Sequence record: PP355766.1
Length of the DNA stretch: 64,000 nucleotides
Direction: 5' to 3' (one strand)
The translations under genes and the position numbers were made by a program. Shown one piece after another: positions 41,816 through 53,439 of the stretch (its first letter is position 1; each line of letters starts with the position of its first letter). The notes below the pieces were generated by a model. That model did not search any database and had not been told where the DNA came from. It was given only the letters and a program-made list of their open reading frames with translations.

Positions 41816-42215
41816 AAATCAACTTGCCCTGTGACAGGATAAGTCAGTTTTCTGTGCCATGTGATTTCATTAGGGACGAAATCAAAGGTTGATAATTCAG
41901 TGTCTTGAACCCAGAATCCGCGTGGGTCGTTCTCGTCACCCGCTGTAAGCGTCCAAGGCGTTCCGATGTACTTAACGTTTGCTGCGCTTGAGATGGTGTG
42001 GAAGTGTCCAGACCAAACTTGCTTGTACTTTTTGAGGAAATCTGGTTCCAACCCATGAGATTTCATACCTTTATAAAAATAGAAGCCATTAAGCTCCCAG
42101 TGACCAATGCAGTATTCAGCAGACGATTCTTTGATATGCTTCATGATTTCTGATGTGTTCTCTTCACACATCCATGGACACAAGTCAATCAAAGTCCCAT
42201 CAAAATCCATAGTCC
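41815..42215 (-). CDS. 47: Recombination nuclease gp47, internal fragment
   Basis: GHWEL.GF, SGHFHT, YIGTPW. Confidence 0.9.
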
Positions 42216-42261
42216 AAGGAATGGCCCCATTTGATTTAAACTTACTATCTTAGGATTTAAA

Positions 42262-42567
42262 ATGAAAACTTACAAAGAATTTATCACCGAAGCAAAAGCA
42301 CCAAAAGTATTCCAGATCTGTACCCAAGGAAATTTGGATAAAGAATTCGTCGATGCTATTGTGTCAAATCTTCGTAAGGAAGGCGTGCAAGTAGATTCAG
42401 TTGAATGGACCAAAGGCAGTGATAATTTTATCATTACTGTATCTAAAGGTTCTTTGGCTAAAATTAAAAAGTCTTGGGGTGTAATGCGTGCTTATGATTT
42501 AAGCCATGACGGCCCTCAAGCCAAAGTACGAATGAATACCCTTAAGGGAGGCCGTGAATACGTTTAG
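42262..42567 (+). CDS. Internal head protein with capsid-targeting sequence
   Basis: MKTYKEFITEA; AGGA RBS. Confidence 0.8.
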   Translation: MKTYKEFITEAKAPKVFQICTQGNLDKEFVDAIVSNLRKEGVQVDSVEWTKGSDNFIITVSKGSLAKIKKSWGVMRAYDLSHDGPQAKVRMNTLKGGREYV

Positions 42568-42617
42568 ACCTTACTGTCTATACCTATTAAGAATATTACT
42601 AGGACTAAGCACGCGCT

Positions 42618-43375
42618 AATAAGAAGGACTCTGTAGTAGAATTATGGATGGAGTATGACGGCCATAGTTTCTACATAAAGCGAGGACAGAAACCAAACGT
42701 CTTTGAAATTTTACGAGACGGAAACAAGCTTGATGAGGCTGCAAGTTCAAAGGATTTCCAATCATACTTTGAAAGCCTCATCGGAATGTCATACTCATCA
42801 TTTAAGCAAATTGTTGTGCTAGGAACTGCTGGATATACTCCATTCATGGGATTGTCCACTGGGAATAGACGTAAGCTCGTTGAAGACTTGCTTGAGGTGT
42901 CTCTCCTGGCTGATATGGACAAACTGAATAAAACCCAAATCAGAGAAATTAACCAGCAAATTCAAGTTAATGATGTTCGTCGTGAAGCATTAACCCAATA
43001 AGAAGGACTCTGTAGTAGAACTGTGGATGGAGTATGACGGTCATAGTTTCTACATTAAACGTGGGCAAAAACCGAATGTCTTTGAGATTTTACGAGATGG
43101 CAATAAGCTTGATGAAGCCGCAAGTTCAAAGGATTTTCAATCCTACTTTGAAAGTCTCATCGGCATGTCATACACATCGTTTAAGCAGATTGTCGTATTA
43201 GGAACGGCAGGATATACTCCGTTCATGGGGTTATCAACTGCCAACAGACGAAAACTCGTTGAAGATTTGCTTGAAGTGTCTCTTTTAGCTGATATGGACA
43301 AACTGAACAAGACACAGATAAGAGAAATCAATCAGCAAATCCAGGTTAATGATGTTCAGCGTGAAGCGTTGACTG
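42618..43375 (+). repeat. 46: Two tandem alleles of the same gp46 (Rad50-like) segment
   Basis: Both start with the identical 24-mer aataagaaggactctgtagtagaa; SFKQIVVLGTAGYTPFM; mostly synonymous differences. Confidence 0.92.
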
Positions 43376-43436
43376 TTTACATGCTTACTCGGTTGTGGTA
43401 TTATAGCAATATCAAAACACCACGGAGTAAAACAAA

Positions 43437-43700
43437 ATGATTACATCATTAAAATCTGATATCAAAAACATTCTTTATATTTCTACTCAAGCTGATGGCA
43501 CTCGACTGAGCCACTATGTCAAAGGTAACATTGTGGTGCTTGATGTGTTCGAAGTTAATCGCGAGTATCCTATGCGCCAGGTAATTCAAGCGAGTAACTA
43601 TGAAGACGGTGAAGAGTATCAAGTCGTTCTTTGTGTATATGATGATTTCTGGGTGCTTAAACTTGAGAATGGCGATAAGTTCTTGATCTTTAACGTATAA
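43437..43700 (+). CDS. Hypothetical protein upstream of a mod gene
   Basis: GGAG RBS; 87 aa. Confidence 0.7.
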   Translation: MITSLKSDIKNILYISTQADGTRLSHYVKGNIVVLDVFEVNREYPMRQVIQASNYEDGEEYQVVLCVYDDFWVLKLENGDKFLIFNV

Positions 43701-43746
43701 CATTTTTACTGCTCTTTGAAGAAAATTTTTCAGAGAGCAGAATAAA

Positions 43747-44098
43747 ATGAATCGTTTTGACTGCAAAGAACAGTCAATTCTGTGGCAGTGCATGAACAAT
43801 AAAATTGGCGAAGAATTTCATAAGAAACTTGACTCTATCGTTAGGCGCCATCAAATTGATAACAGAGACATTCTCTATAGAGGTCTATCATGCCGTGAGG
43901 CTAAAGCCTTTTATGACGCTCTTATTAAAGGAGAGAAATTTGACTTTGGAAAGGTAGCATCATTCACAACAGATGAAACGATTGCCCGAGAATTTGCAGG
44001 CAAATGGCATTACTCGACCTTCGTAGTCATTGAAGTCAATAATTGCCATCAATCATTTGATTATCATACCAACATGAAATCACTTTTAATTACTGCCT
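43747..44098 (+). CDS. modB: Mod-family ADP-ribosyltransferase, 5' fragment
   Basis: EQSILWQC, LYRG, VASFT....AREF, FDYH. Confidence 0.8.
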
Positions 44099-44762
44099 AC
44101 ATACTGGCGATTGGCACTTAGGTGTCCGCAACGATGACCCGTGGGTTCAAGACGTTCAACGTCATGGAATTCAACAGGCGATTGAATATTCAAAAGAAAA
44201 TGAAATCACTACTTGGATTCAGTATGGTGATATTTTTGACGTTCGTAAAGCCATTACTCATAAGACAATGGAATTTGCTCGTGAAATTGCTGAATCCCTT
44301 GAAGGAGAAGGAATTAATTTAATCACTATTGTAGGCAACCATGATATGCACTACAAGAATACGTTGACACCCAATGCATCAACTGAAATTCTTGGTAAGT
44401 ATGACCATATCACGGTGATTGATAAACCTACATTCACTCAGGCGATTGGCATTTAGGTGTCCGCGCAGATGACCCGTGGGTACAGGATGTACAACGACAC
44501 GGAATTAAGCAGCATATTGATTATGCCAAAAAGCATGGAATTAAAACTATCATTCAATACGGTGATATTTTTGACGTTCGTAAAGCTATCACTCATAAGA
44601 CAATGGAATTCGCTCGTGAAATTGCAGAGTCTCTTGAGAAAGAAGGAATTAACTTAATTACGATCGTCGGAAATCATGACATGCACTACAAGAATACGTT
44701 GACGCCTAATGCATCAACCGAAGTTCTTGGTAAGTATAAGCATATTACTGTTATTGAAAAGC
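44098..44762 (+). repeat. 47: Two tandem alleles of the gp47 N-terminal segment
   Basis: IGDWHLG, YGDIFDVRK, IVGNHDMHYKN in both copies. Confidence 0.9.
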
Positions 44763-44769
44763 CCGTCTG

Positions 44770-45090
44770 ACACCTAGTTCAATTACCGCTGAAAAAGGAG
44801 CAGAAGCATCTTTTACAGCTGCTGTTACTGGAGCGCCCGCAGGAGCATCTGTAGCTTATTCTTGGACCAAAGACGGGTCTCCTGTTGATGGCTCAACGAG
44901 TACTTTAGAAGTTGATACATCTACTATCGGGTCGCAGGTAATTGAGGTTTCGGCTGTTGTTTCTGCTCCAGATTATAAACCTGTCACAGTTACTAAAACA
45001 GGTAATGTAACGATTACCAAAAAGACCATGAGCGGAGTTTCTGTTTCTCTGACTCCTGAGTCTATTACGACCGAGCAGGGTTCTGAGGCG
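44770..45090 (+). CDS. hoc: Hoc internal Ig fragment, second allele
   Basis: WTKDGSPV.GSTSTL.DTS.IGSQVI matches 36840-37050. Confidence 0.75.
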
Positions 45091-45715
45091 CTATCATCAA
45101 CATATTTTTTATTTGTTAAGTGAGCATTATCTGTGGGGGCTTGACCCGCTATAACAAATTTACCTGAAGCAACGGAAATGTTACCTTTAGTTTTAATATC
45201 GCCATTGCGTAGATTAAAGACGATAGTTACACCTTCAGTACCATATGAAGACCCAAATCCTAACCCATACCATGTTTGTATTTTTGCGTTAACTGTGGTA
45301 TAATCAGCCCCATCTCCTGGACCTGGTATAAACTCAGCTGACCCGCCGCGAGCATTAAGGCTTAAGCCTTCTACAAAATGAACATTTTTAGCATACTCGC
45401 CACCACGAGCTTTTGACACAAAGTCGAGCAGCCCATCAACATAATCTTTGCGAGTTAAATCGTCTACACCAGATGGTTGTTGTTTAGAAGTAAATACGTT
45501 AGCAGTAATTCTACCAGTCTGTGCTGTTAAGTTACCGTTTTTGGCAATTTCAACTATGCCGCTGGAATCTTCTGTTCCGCCACCGCGTAATTGAATTGTT
45601 GAATTGCCTCCGATGATAAGAACTTCACCATTACTACCGCCGGCTCTAATTCCAACGTTTGCTAATGGACCCATGCTCAGTTTACCAGCGGCGCCATAAG
45701 CTATTTTTATTTCGC
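45090..45715 (-). CDS. Tail fibre internal fragment
   Basis: LTRKDYVD, LTNKKYVD repeats. Confidence 0.7.
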
Positions 45716-45739
45716 CCGTGTATGTACCGCCGCGGGACG

Positions 45740-46355
45740 GAAATCCGGTTTCTAGAGTGGTAATTTATCAATCTAAAACTACTTCTTATGTTTTAGGATA
45801 TGATAAAATCTTTTACGGAAGGAAATCATCTGACGTACGTTGGTCATCGAATGAAGTTAAGTTTAGCGATAACGAAGTTACATTTGCTAAATTGGGAGAC
45901 CAGTTAAAGCTTGGCTTTGAAGTAGAGTTATTCGGAACGTATGCGTCATTGCCCGCTGACGTTACCAAATATGCTGAAGCGTTTACCTGTAATGATGACT
46001 ATTTGTACGTTGTTGCAAAAGACACTGTCCGTAAAGGAAATCCTGTTTCACGAGTAGTCATTTATCAATCAAGTACCACATCATATGTTTTAGGCTATGA
46101 TAAAATCTTTTACGGAAGAAAATCATCTGACGTACGCTGGTCATCAAATGAGGTTAAATTTAGCGATAACGAAGTCACGTTCGCTAAATTGGGAGACCAG
46201 TTAAAATTAGGATTTGAAGTAGAGCTATTTGGTACATATGCATCACTACCTGCTGATGTTACCAAATATGCAGAAGCCTTTACATGCAATGATGACCACT
46301 TATATGTAGTTGCAAAGGATACAGTACGCAGAGTTAAATTAAAAGATGCAGAGTT
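45740..46355 (+). repeat. 7: Two tandem alleles of a gp7 segment
   Basis: GNPVSRVVIYQS...LYVVAKDTVR twice; leads into KDAP at 15655. Confidence 0.9.
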
Positions 46356-46672
46356 AAATTAAAAGATGCGCAGTCTGACGTTGATTTAATGACTCGCCTT
46401 AAGGCTCTTGGTGGTACAGTGTTCAGAGCCAACACAGCGAGTGGTTATACTGGGGCTCCTTATTACTCCCATGGCACCGGATTTTACGGAAGAGCTTCTG
46501 ACACAATGGCTGCGCTTAATATAGATTATGCAACTGGTAATGTCAGAGTATTTGCTATAAACGATAGTGGTTTAGCAAGTGGAAGAGTAAATTCTAATGT
46601 TCTCTACGGCACAGCAAATAAGCCATCTAAGGCTGACGTCGGACTTGGTAATCTGACAAACGATACCCAAAG

Positions 46673-46706
46673 TTGTTTACAACCGGTCCTAGTGGTGATA
46701 CTATAG
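46673..46706 (+). promoter_or_regulatory. T4 early promoter
   Basis: AAAGTTGTTTACA...GATACTAT; a similar AAAGTTGTTTACA follows the gene at ~46965. Confidence 0.7.
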
Positions 46707-46741
46707 CTCCATCAAAAACAAACTAACAAAACGGAAGCAAC

Positions 46742-46966
46742 ATGAAAACGTACCAAGAATTTATTACAGAAGCTAAAAGACAGGATGATGAACTGCCGAT
46801 TGTTACAAAAACCGTTGACGGGACATTAGCCGATTTTAAAAAAGTTCCTAGTGATAAACTTTCTAAATTGACTGGCAGCATCGGTGAAAAAGATGGTAAG
46901 GTAACTTTTTCAGCCCGAGGTTCTGCTAATCTTAAAAAGCTTTTAAAAGCCGCTGGCGCTGAATAA
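46742..46966 (+). CDS. Small internal head protein with capsid-targeting sequence (IPI-locus type)
   Basis: MKTYQEFITEA; flanked by near-identical promoter boxes. Confidence 0.82.
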   Translation: MKTYQEFITEAKRQDDELPIVTKTVDGTLADFKKVPSDKLSKLTGSIGEKDGKVTFSARGSANLKKLLKAAGAE

Positions 46967-47289
46967 AGTTGTTTACAACGGGTTGTAGTAGTGAATAGAG
47001 TGGTTCATGTGATGGATTTGTTTGAAATGATGGAAGAGCCTCAGGAAGAGGTTCAAGTTCATCCGGTGATTTCTAAGGACATTAAAGACGAATACCGTAT
47101 AATTATACAGAAGTATGGTATTAAAGCCCCAGAAGCTCTTCTAGACGAACTAGCTTCAATCTGGTCTGACCCGCCGCCCTGGTCTCCGTGGGCAAAATAA
47201 TTTCACAAAGTAGTTTACTCTTCTAAAAAGCCATGATATGATACCTCTCGTAACCAAAATGGAGAATATCATGGCTATTTCATTAAACC

Positions 47290-47597
47290 CAGCCTTGATT
47301 TAGATTTTTTGCCGGATTTTTGGGGTCTTTGGATTGAGTGACAACATTTTTAAGGGTTTTAACACGAACCCACTTACGTTCAAAGCTTTCTTTAACATTG
47401 TTAGTGTCTTTAAACTTCAAATGTTTTGCAGGAACTACAAATTTTTCTAAGCAATGAATATAATCACCATAATCAGAATGAATTTTATAACCTGCTTTAC
47501 CATCATTACGATTAGCAACTTTAACGATCACACCAGTATGACCAACCCACTTGCCACCAGTAACTTCTACAGCATCGCCTACAATCAAATTTTTCAT
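47290..47597 (-). CDS. KOW/SH3 MotB-like protein, 5' fragment
   Basis: VGDAVEVTGGKWVGHTGVIVKV; relatives at 50690-50905 and 53250-53450. Confidence 0.55.
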
Positions 47598-47909
47598 CGT
47601 GTTTCACAATAACGAGCCTATTGAAATTGTGGAATACGATAAAGAAACTGATGAAGAAATACTTTATGCTAATGATGCCAGAGAACGCTTATGGCGAGAA
47701 TCTGAATTAGAAGCAGAAGTTATTCGTCTTAAAGAAGAATTAAAAGGACCAACGGGTTTTGCTACATGGAAAGACGCTGCTATTTCTGAACGTTTAGCAC
47801 GGGTAAAATTGATGCCAGAAGGTAAAATCTCGTACTTACAGGCTGCATCCAAGTTCCATTCTACTGAGTGGAATACTATGGACGTAATTACCGCGTACAT
47901 GCGGTTATA

Positions 47910-48200
47910 GCTCCTTGCACCTTTTCAAACGGATGAAGGCCGTAAACGCGTACTCGCACTCTTCCTTGCTTTAACGGGTCTTGTCTGTCTTCAACAACAC
48001 CAGTAAACCATTTTAATGAATCGTTCATTTCAATCATAAAACTTCTCCGATGGTAGTCTGGGATTTGTACCGGCCTGATTCGTATTCACTGTCAGGTGCT
48101 TTTTCCATTTCTCGTATAATATCAGAAAGAAATGCTTCAATATCACTAGGATTGATAATGTTTATTTGGCGCAGTTTTTCATTTTCTATAATAGATATGG
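47910..48200 (-). CDS. 5: gp53 3' end and gp5 5' end
   Basis: ENEKLRQI.IINP.DI..F (gp53); WFTGVVEDRQDPLKQGRVRVRV.GLH (gp5, ATG 48037). Confidence 0.88.
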
Positions 48201-48789
48201 TGAAATTATGAAATACCCAATTGAGTTTGTTTTTCTTGAAGGCGACCAAGTAGATTTAGAACGTAATCTTCGTGAAGCAATGATTGAAAGAGCTATATCT
48301 GATCCACAGTATGCTTTCATGCACCAATGGGGTGAATTCTTTGTAAAGCAAGGAAATACCATTCATGGTGTTCAGTGGAGTTATATTGGTCTTGAAATTG
48401 ATTACGATGATGCTGGTAATCCGTTAGGGTCTTGGCGTTGGGAAGATGAAGACCTTGGTCCAGACTTTGAAGTTGACTGTTCTTGGTTTGGTTTCCTCAA
48501 GCAGCTTGTACGTTAAGAGCAGAAATCAGGCGATAATCACCGTTTGCGTATACTAACATTGACACATTGCCATCATTGTTTTTGAATGGCTCAACAACTA
48601 CTAAAACTGTATCGCCTTCATCTAATGCTTTTCGTACTACGCCATCACAACGCAGATTAGCATATGGAGATTTAACTACTTTGCTTCCAACTACCATACC
48701 ACAATGCGGTACGGTTTCCGCTGATTCATCTTTATTCTTAAAGACTACGTCTAATGCTTTTTCAATTGTCCACATGATGTTGTCCAGCT

Positions 48790-49366
48790 ACTATATACAT
48801 TATGATTAGATTCTTTGATGCAGAACGAAGTACAGAAAGCATATATGCCTTCATAATCGTCTACAGTGAACTCAATGTATGAATTAGTTTCTTCATGAAG
48901 AAGACTCATTTTAGTCCAAGCCATTCCATTGATGTCATCGTCGTAATAGCCTCCACTAAATTCTACTATATCGCCAACTTCATACCAGTGACTGCGTAAA
49001 ATTTCTCTTGTAACACGATGAATATCAGCGAAATCGAGAATTTTTACTGTAATAGTTTTAGTAATGCACGATACTACCATACATATTTTTAGATGATTCT
49101 TTAATACAGTATGAGGTGCAGAACGCAAAAATTCCAGTGATATTATCTGTATGATAACTATAGACTTCGTTGCTATTCGCATCTACAAGTTTGACGCTTT
49201 TCCATGCCATTCCGTCAATTTCATCTTCATAATAACCATCTGAAAATTCAATGATATCTCCAACTTTAATTCCATGGTCTTTAAAGACGCTTTTAATCTG
49301 ACGATGCAGCTCAGACAGGTCTAGGAGTTTAACCTTAATTGATTTAGAAATGCAAGTATTAGACAA
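48790..49366 (-). repeat. Two diverged paralogous hypothetical ORF fragments
   Basis: VGDI.EFS.GYY.D.I.GMAW...GI.AFCTS.CIKES in both. Confidence 0.65.
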
Positions 49367-49380
49367 GTACGGAGAATAAA

Positions 49381-49596
49381 ATGAAAACTTTAGAAATCGT
49401 CGTAAACAACATTGATAAAGCCTTTAAAGCTGCTGAGGCTCACGGCGTAGAATTTGAACCGATGATGGTAGGAGAAGCGTTCTCTAAACTTGCTATCATC
49501 CGTGGTGAAACTGACAACTTGATTGATTTTGTTGATGACTTCTATCTCGGTTCAAAGGTTCGTCCTTACTACATCAATGAAATTTTAGAAAAATAA
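49381..49596 (+). CDS. Hypothetical protein
   Basis: GGAG RBS; followed by an early promoter. Confidence 0.7.
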   Translation: MKTLEIVVNNIDKAFKAAEAHGVEFEPMMVGEAFSKLAIIRGETDNLIDFVDDFYLGSKVRPYYINEILEK

Positions 49597-49649
49597 TTAA
49601 AAAGTAGTTTACTTTGGAGCTGTAGAATGATACTATAGCTCCATCAAAT

Positions 49650-49922
49650 AAATACTGTTAGCAACGTAGCTAACGCAGCAGTAAAGAAAGCTGGTGATAC
49701 AATGACCGGTGTACTTAGGGCTAACGCTGGCGTAGTTATAGTAAATAAAGCAACATCCGGTGAATATGCTCCTAGATTAGATCAGGTTATTTCACGCGGG
49801 GTAACAATAGATTTTGGCACATACTAAGAGGTAGCCATGGCCGATCAAAACTTAAAACAAATACAATTTAAAAGAACTAGCACAGAGAATAAAGCACCAG
49901 GTGCAGATATCGTAGCCCGTGG
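49650..49922 (+). CDS. 37: gp36 3' end and gp37 5' end
   Basis: VISRGVTIDFGTY stop, then MADQNLKQIQFKRT. Confidence 0.8.
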
Positions 49923-49924
49923 GG

Positions 49925-50196
49925 TACTATATCAAAGCTGCCACATTCTTCAGAAACAGGGTCGTTATTATATCGTTCACTTTAAAGAAATGTTGAAGCT
50001 TGATGGTCGTCCTGTTACTATTGATTTGGAAGATGAAATTCGTCGAGACTCAATCGCACAACTGCTCGCTGACTGGGGTCTACTGAGTATTAATCGTGGT
50101 CAAACTCTTGCACAGATGCAGAATAACTTCCGAGTAATTACATTCAAACAGAAGCATGAATGGACTTTAAAATCTAAGTACACAATCGGTGCGTAA
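49925..50196 (+). CDS. regA: RegA, 3' fragment (allele 2, no HNH following)
   Basis: Same YQSCHILQKQG start as 26735; different C-terminal residues. Confidence 0.92.
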
Positions 50197-50223
50197 GACA
50201 GCATAATAAAATAGCTGCTTTTT

Positions 50224-50455
50224 TCATTTTGACGATAGTCCTGACATATAACGAGCCATTAATTGGTCACGATACATTAAACATATATTTTCGTTAGGAG
50301 CATTAACACATAAATCTTTCATGCTCTTAGCCTTACGATTTATTAGTGTTGTCCACTGAGCCGGGCTACGTGAATCTTTTACTCCATCGCTGAATGCCGA
50401 ATCTAATTCAAGCGCTAATATATCAACACATTCAGAGTTCGTATTCAGATCATAG
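50224..50455 (-). CDS. vs: Valyl-tRNA synthetase modifier, 3' fragment
   Basis: Cys pattern and C-terminal Y..GLS.K resemble T4 Vs. Confidence 0.55.
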
Positions 50456-50680
50456 TCAGTTTTAGACACGCAACGCATTTGAGATTCGCGCTTAATCTGG
50501 GCGAGCTCACGAATACGCTCGATGTCTTCAGGTTCACCACCGCCATCAGCTCCAACATAATCAGGAGAATCTGACCAGTTTTCAATGATTTTGTTTACTA
50601 CGATATATTGCAGGGTATCAGCATAGCTGAAATCAGTCGCACCATTCGCAGCTTCACCATCAGTACGAATATATTCAATA
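50455..50680 (-). CDS. 6: gp6 internal fragment
   Basis: GADGGGEPEDIERIREL..IKRE.Q.RCV..DYD. Confidence 0.9.
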
Positions 50681-50904
50681 ACGTGCACCCACTTGCGCAG
50701 ATAGCTTTCGTTAAACATAGAATCAAGCAAATCACGTGATTCGAGAGCAACTACGAATTTTTGCAGCGAATACACTGCTTTGTCTTCATTTTCCAGTTGA
50801 AGCAAATATGAAGACATTTTGTTAGAACGGTTAAAGATTCCAACAATTACGCCTTCCTTTCCAGCGTGTTTTCCACCGATAACCTTAACGTTTTCACCTA
50901 CAAC

Positions 50905-51335
50905 TACAACTTTACCAGCTTCCAGAGCAGCAGTAACTGCGGCGTCCAGTTTAGCAGCATCGGTAGCACCAGCGTCTACAGTGAAATCTTCAACAACCTG
51001 CAGATGAGCACGACCGGTCTGTGCGAAATCGTGAACAACGATATCACCAACAGTCAGAGCAGCACCAGCTTTAACTGCTTCGAACTTCTCAGTTGCACCC
51101 TGACCGGAGAACATTGCGAACTACTTCGCCAGCTTCCAGACGCTTAGTGACTTCAGCATCCAGTTTAGCAGCATCAGTAGCAGCAGCATCAACTGTAAAG
51201 GCTGTTACAACCTGCAGGTGAGCACGACCAGTCTGTGCGAAATCATGAACTACGATATCACCAACATCCAGAGAAGCACCAGCTTTAACTGCTTCAAATT
51301 TCTCGGTTGCACCCTGACCAGAGAACATTGCATCC
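50905..51335 (-). repeat. Two alleles of an Ala/Val-rich hypothetical protein segment
   Basis: MFSGQGATEKFEAVKAGA...RAHLQVV twice. Confidence 0.75.
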
Positions 51336-51790
51336 GGATTGCAGTCATCTGAGCGACCGATGGCAATAGCACAAGTATCAGAATCCTGTACTACAGCATT
51401 TTCGTCATACATCTGTGCGTAAGCTTTAAACTTACCTTGAACGCGTTTACCCATGAATTTGAATTCAATATCAGGATAAACTACTGCTAATGTCATCAGA
51501 CGATCGTGAATGATTGATTGGTCAACATCAGTCAATCCTGTGCTTTCAAAGTGACTGAAATCTGGAATGAATGACTGATCATCTGAGCGGCCAATAGCAA
51601 TAGCACATGTATCAGAATCCTGCACTACAGCGTTTTCATCATACATGTGGGCATAAGCTTTAAACTTGCCTTGAACCCGTTTACCCATGAATTTAAATTC
51701 AATGTCAGGATAAACTACAGCTAACGTCATCAAACGGTCATGAATGATGGATTGGTCAACATCAGTTAAGCCATCAGATTCAAAGTGACT
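51335..51790 (-). repeat. 39: Two alleles of a gp39 segment
   Basis: IIHDRLMTLAVVYPDIEFKF twice. Confidence 0.85.
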
Positions 51791-52199
51791 AAGCGGTGAA
51801 ATAACTCGTCATATCGTTGGCAAATGTGCTACTAATGATGGCTGGTACATTGGTGCCGGTGGTACAAGCAACAGTGGTATTCTTGAAATCGGTACTATTG
51901 ATGATGGCGCTGAAACTATTCAATTCGTACAACGCGGTGCAGGCAACGTTGAAGCCCGAAAATTGGTCTTGCTTGACGGCTCGGGTAATACGACTCTTCC
52001 TGGTCCTGGCAAGGTGTATTTGCTGTAAAAACTGGACTAGGCAGGTATACGATTAAAGGGAGTTTAGGCTGGAACACGGAGGGCTGGAAATTCGAATTAC
52101 CAAGAGATGACAATGGTAATATGCTGTGCTTCGTGGAATCGGATTGGAACGAAGAGGAGAAGGAGCTAAACATACAGGTATTCACTCGTAAATTTGATA

Positions 52200-52640
52200 T
52201 TAACACAGGTAATATTGATTTAAGATTATCTACCAATAAGACTGTTAAAATTAACAGTGGAAGCACTCTTGTTCTTGAAATGGGTGTAGGCTCTAACGAC
52301 GTCTATATTAAAAACCAAAGAGGCACTGGTGTTCTTCAATTAACTAATGACAGCAATTTAACGTTCAGAAATTCACAGGTTTATTACGCTATGAGCGGAA
52401 GAGGTCCTGGTAAATCCGGTACTCTTCCGGTGCCGGATTTACCAGGACCTCTTCCGTTCATGGCGTAATAAACCTGGTAATTTCTGAAGGTCAAATTGCT
52501 ATCATTAGTTAATTGAAGAACACCAGAGCCTCTCAAGTTTTTAATGTATGCATCATTAGCACCTACACCCATTTCTAAAGTAAGAGTAGACCCATTTGAG
52601 ATTTTAACGGCTTTATTGGTGGTTAATCTTAAATCGTAAA
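52200..52640. repeat. Inverted pair of tail fibre alleles
   Basis: DLRL.TNK.VKI..GSTL.LEMGVG...GRGPGKSGT on opposite strands. Confidence 0.85.
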
Positions 52641-53075
52641 TCAGTAGTTTCAAAATTGATCGCTTTATTCGGAGAAATAGTAACGTTGTCTTTTAATGTA
52701 GTGATTCCATCAACACTGAGAGTACCAGAAGTATCTAAAAATGGAACACCTTTACCAGCTAACTGTACTACGGCATCATTTTCATCTTTAGTATAAATGG
52801 CAAGAGTACGACCATGTGTGTTCAACGCGATTTCACCACGGGCTACGATTTCACAAATCAGTAGTTTCAAAACTAATTGCTTTATTCGGAGAAATAGTTA
52901 CGTTGTCTTTTAATGTAGTAGTTCCATCAACGCTAAGAGTTCCGGAGGTATCTAAGAAAGGAACCCCTTTACCTGCAAGCTGAACAACGTTATCGGCTTC
53001 ATCTTTAGTGTAAATGGCAAGAGTACGCCCATGTGTATTCAACGCGATTTCGCTTTCATTATACATTCCTCATAT
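52640..53075 (-). repeat. 37: Two alleles of the gp37 N-terminal segment
   Basis: EIALNTHGRTLAIYTKDE twice; continues 49837-49922. Confidence 0.85.
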
Positions 53076-53439
53076 CTATTCGTTCTAAGGTATATTCTTT
53101 AAGAACAATCTGTTGACCACTTTTCAACAAGAATAATTGAATAGGATTTAATCCAAACCCGTGTTCTAAATCATGGTCAGTTAAATTTCTGTCGCAATAA
53201 TTGAAATACATGTCAATTCTAACGAGAATGGTTTTCATAACTCCTCACACGATGTACCCACTTGCGCAGATAGCTTTCACTAGATTCAACGAATTTTTTC
53301 AAGCAGTGGATGTAATCACCAAAATCTTCACGGTAAATCTTATACCCAGATTTACCGTCATTACGATTAACTACTTTAACGATTACACCATTGTGACCAA
53401 CCCACTTACCACCAATTACTTTAACGTTTTCGCCTACAA

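Noticed and set aside
40570-46355. Tandem near-duplicates suggesting DGR template/variable repeats or gene amplification
   Set aside because: No reverse transcriptase in the window. Differences are mostly synonymous and not adenine-specific, core genes (46, 47, 7) are affected, and the copies share exact terminal k-mers typical of assembly bubbles.
49837-50196. gp37 N-terminus fused to RegA (also Hoc-RegA at 26146-26808)
   Set aside because: Junction artefacts; the gp37 continuation is at 52640-53075.
50224-51114. 296-aa multidomain ORF
   Set aside because: Chimera of four fragments: an Ala-rich protein, a MotB-like protein, gp6 and Vs.
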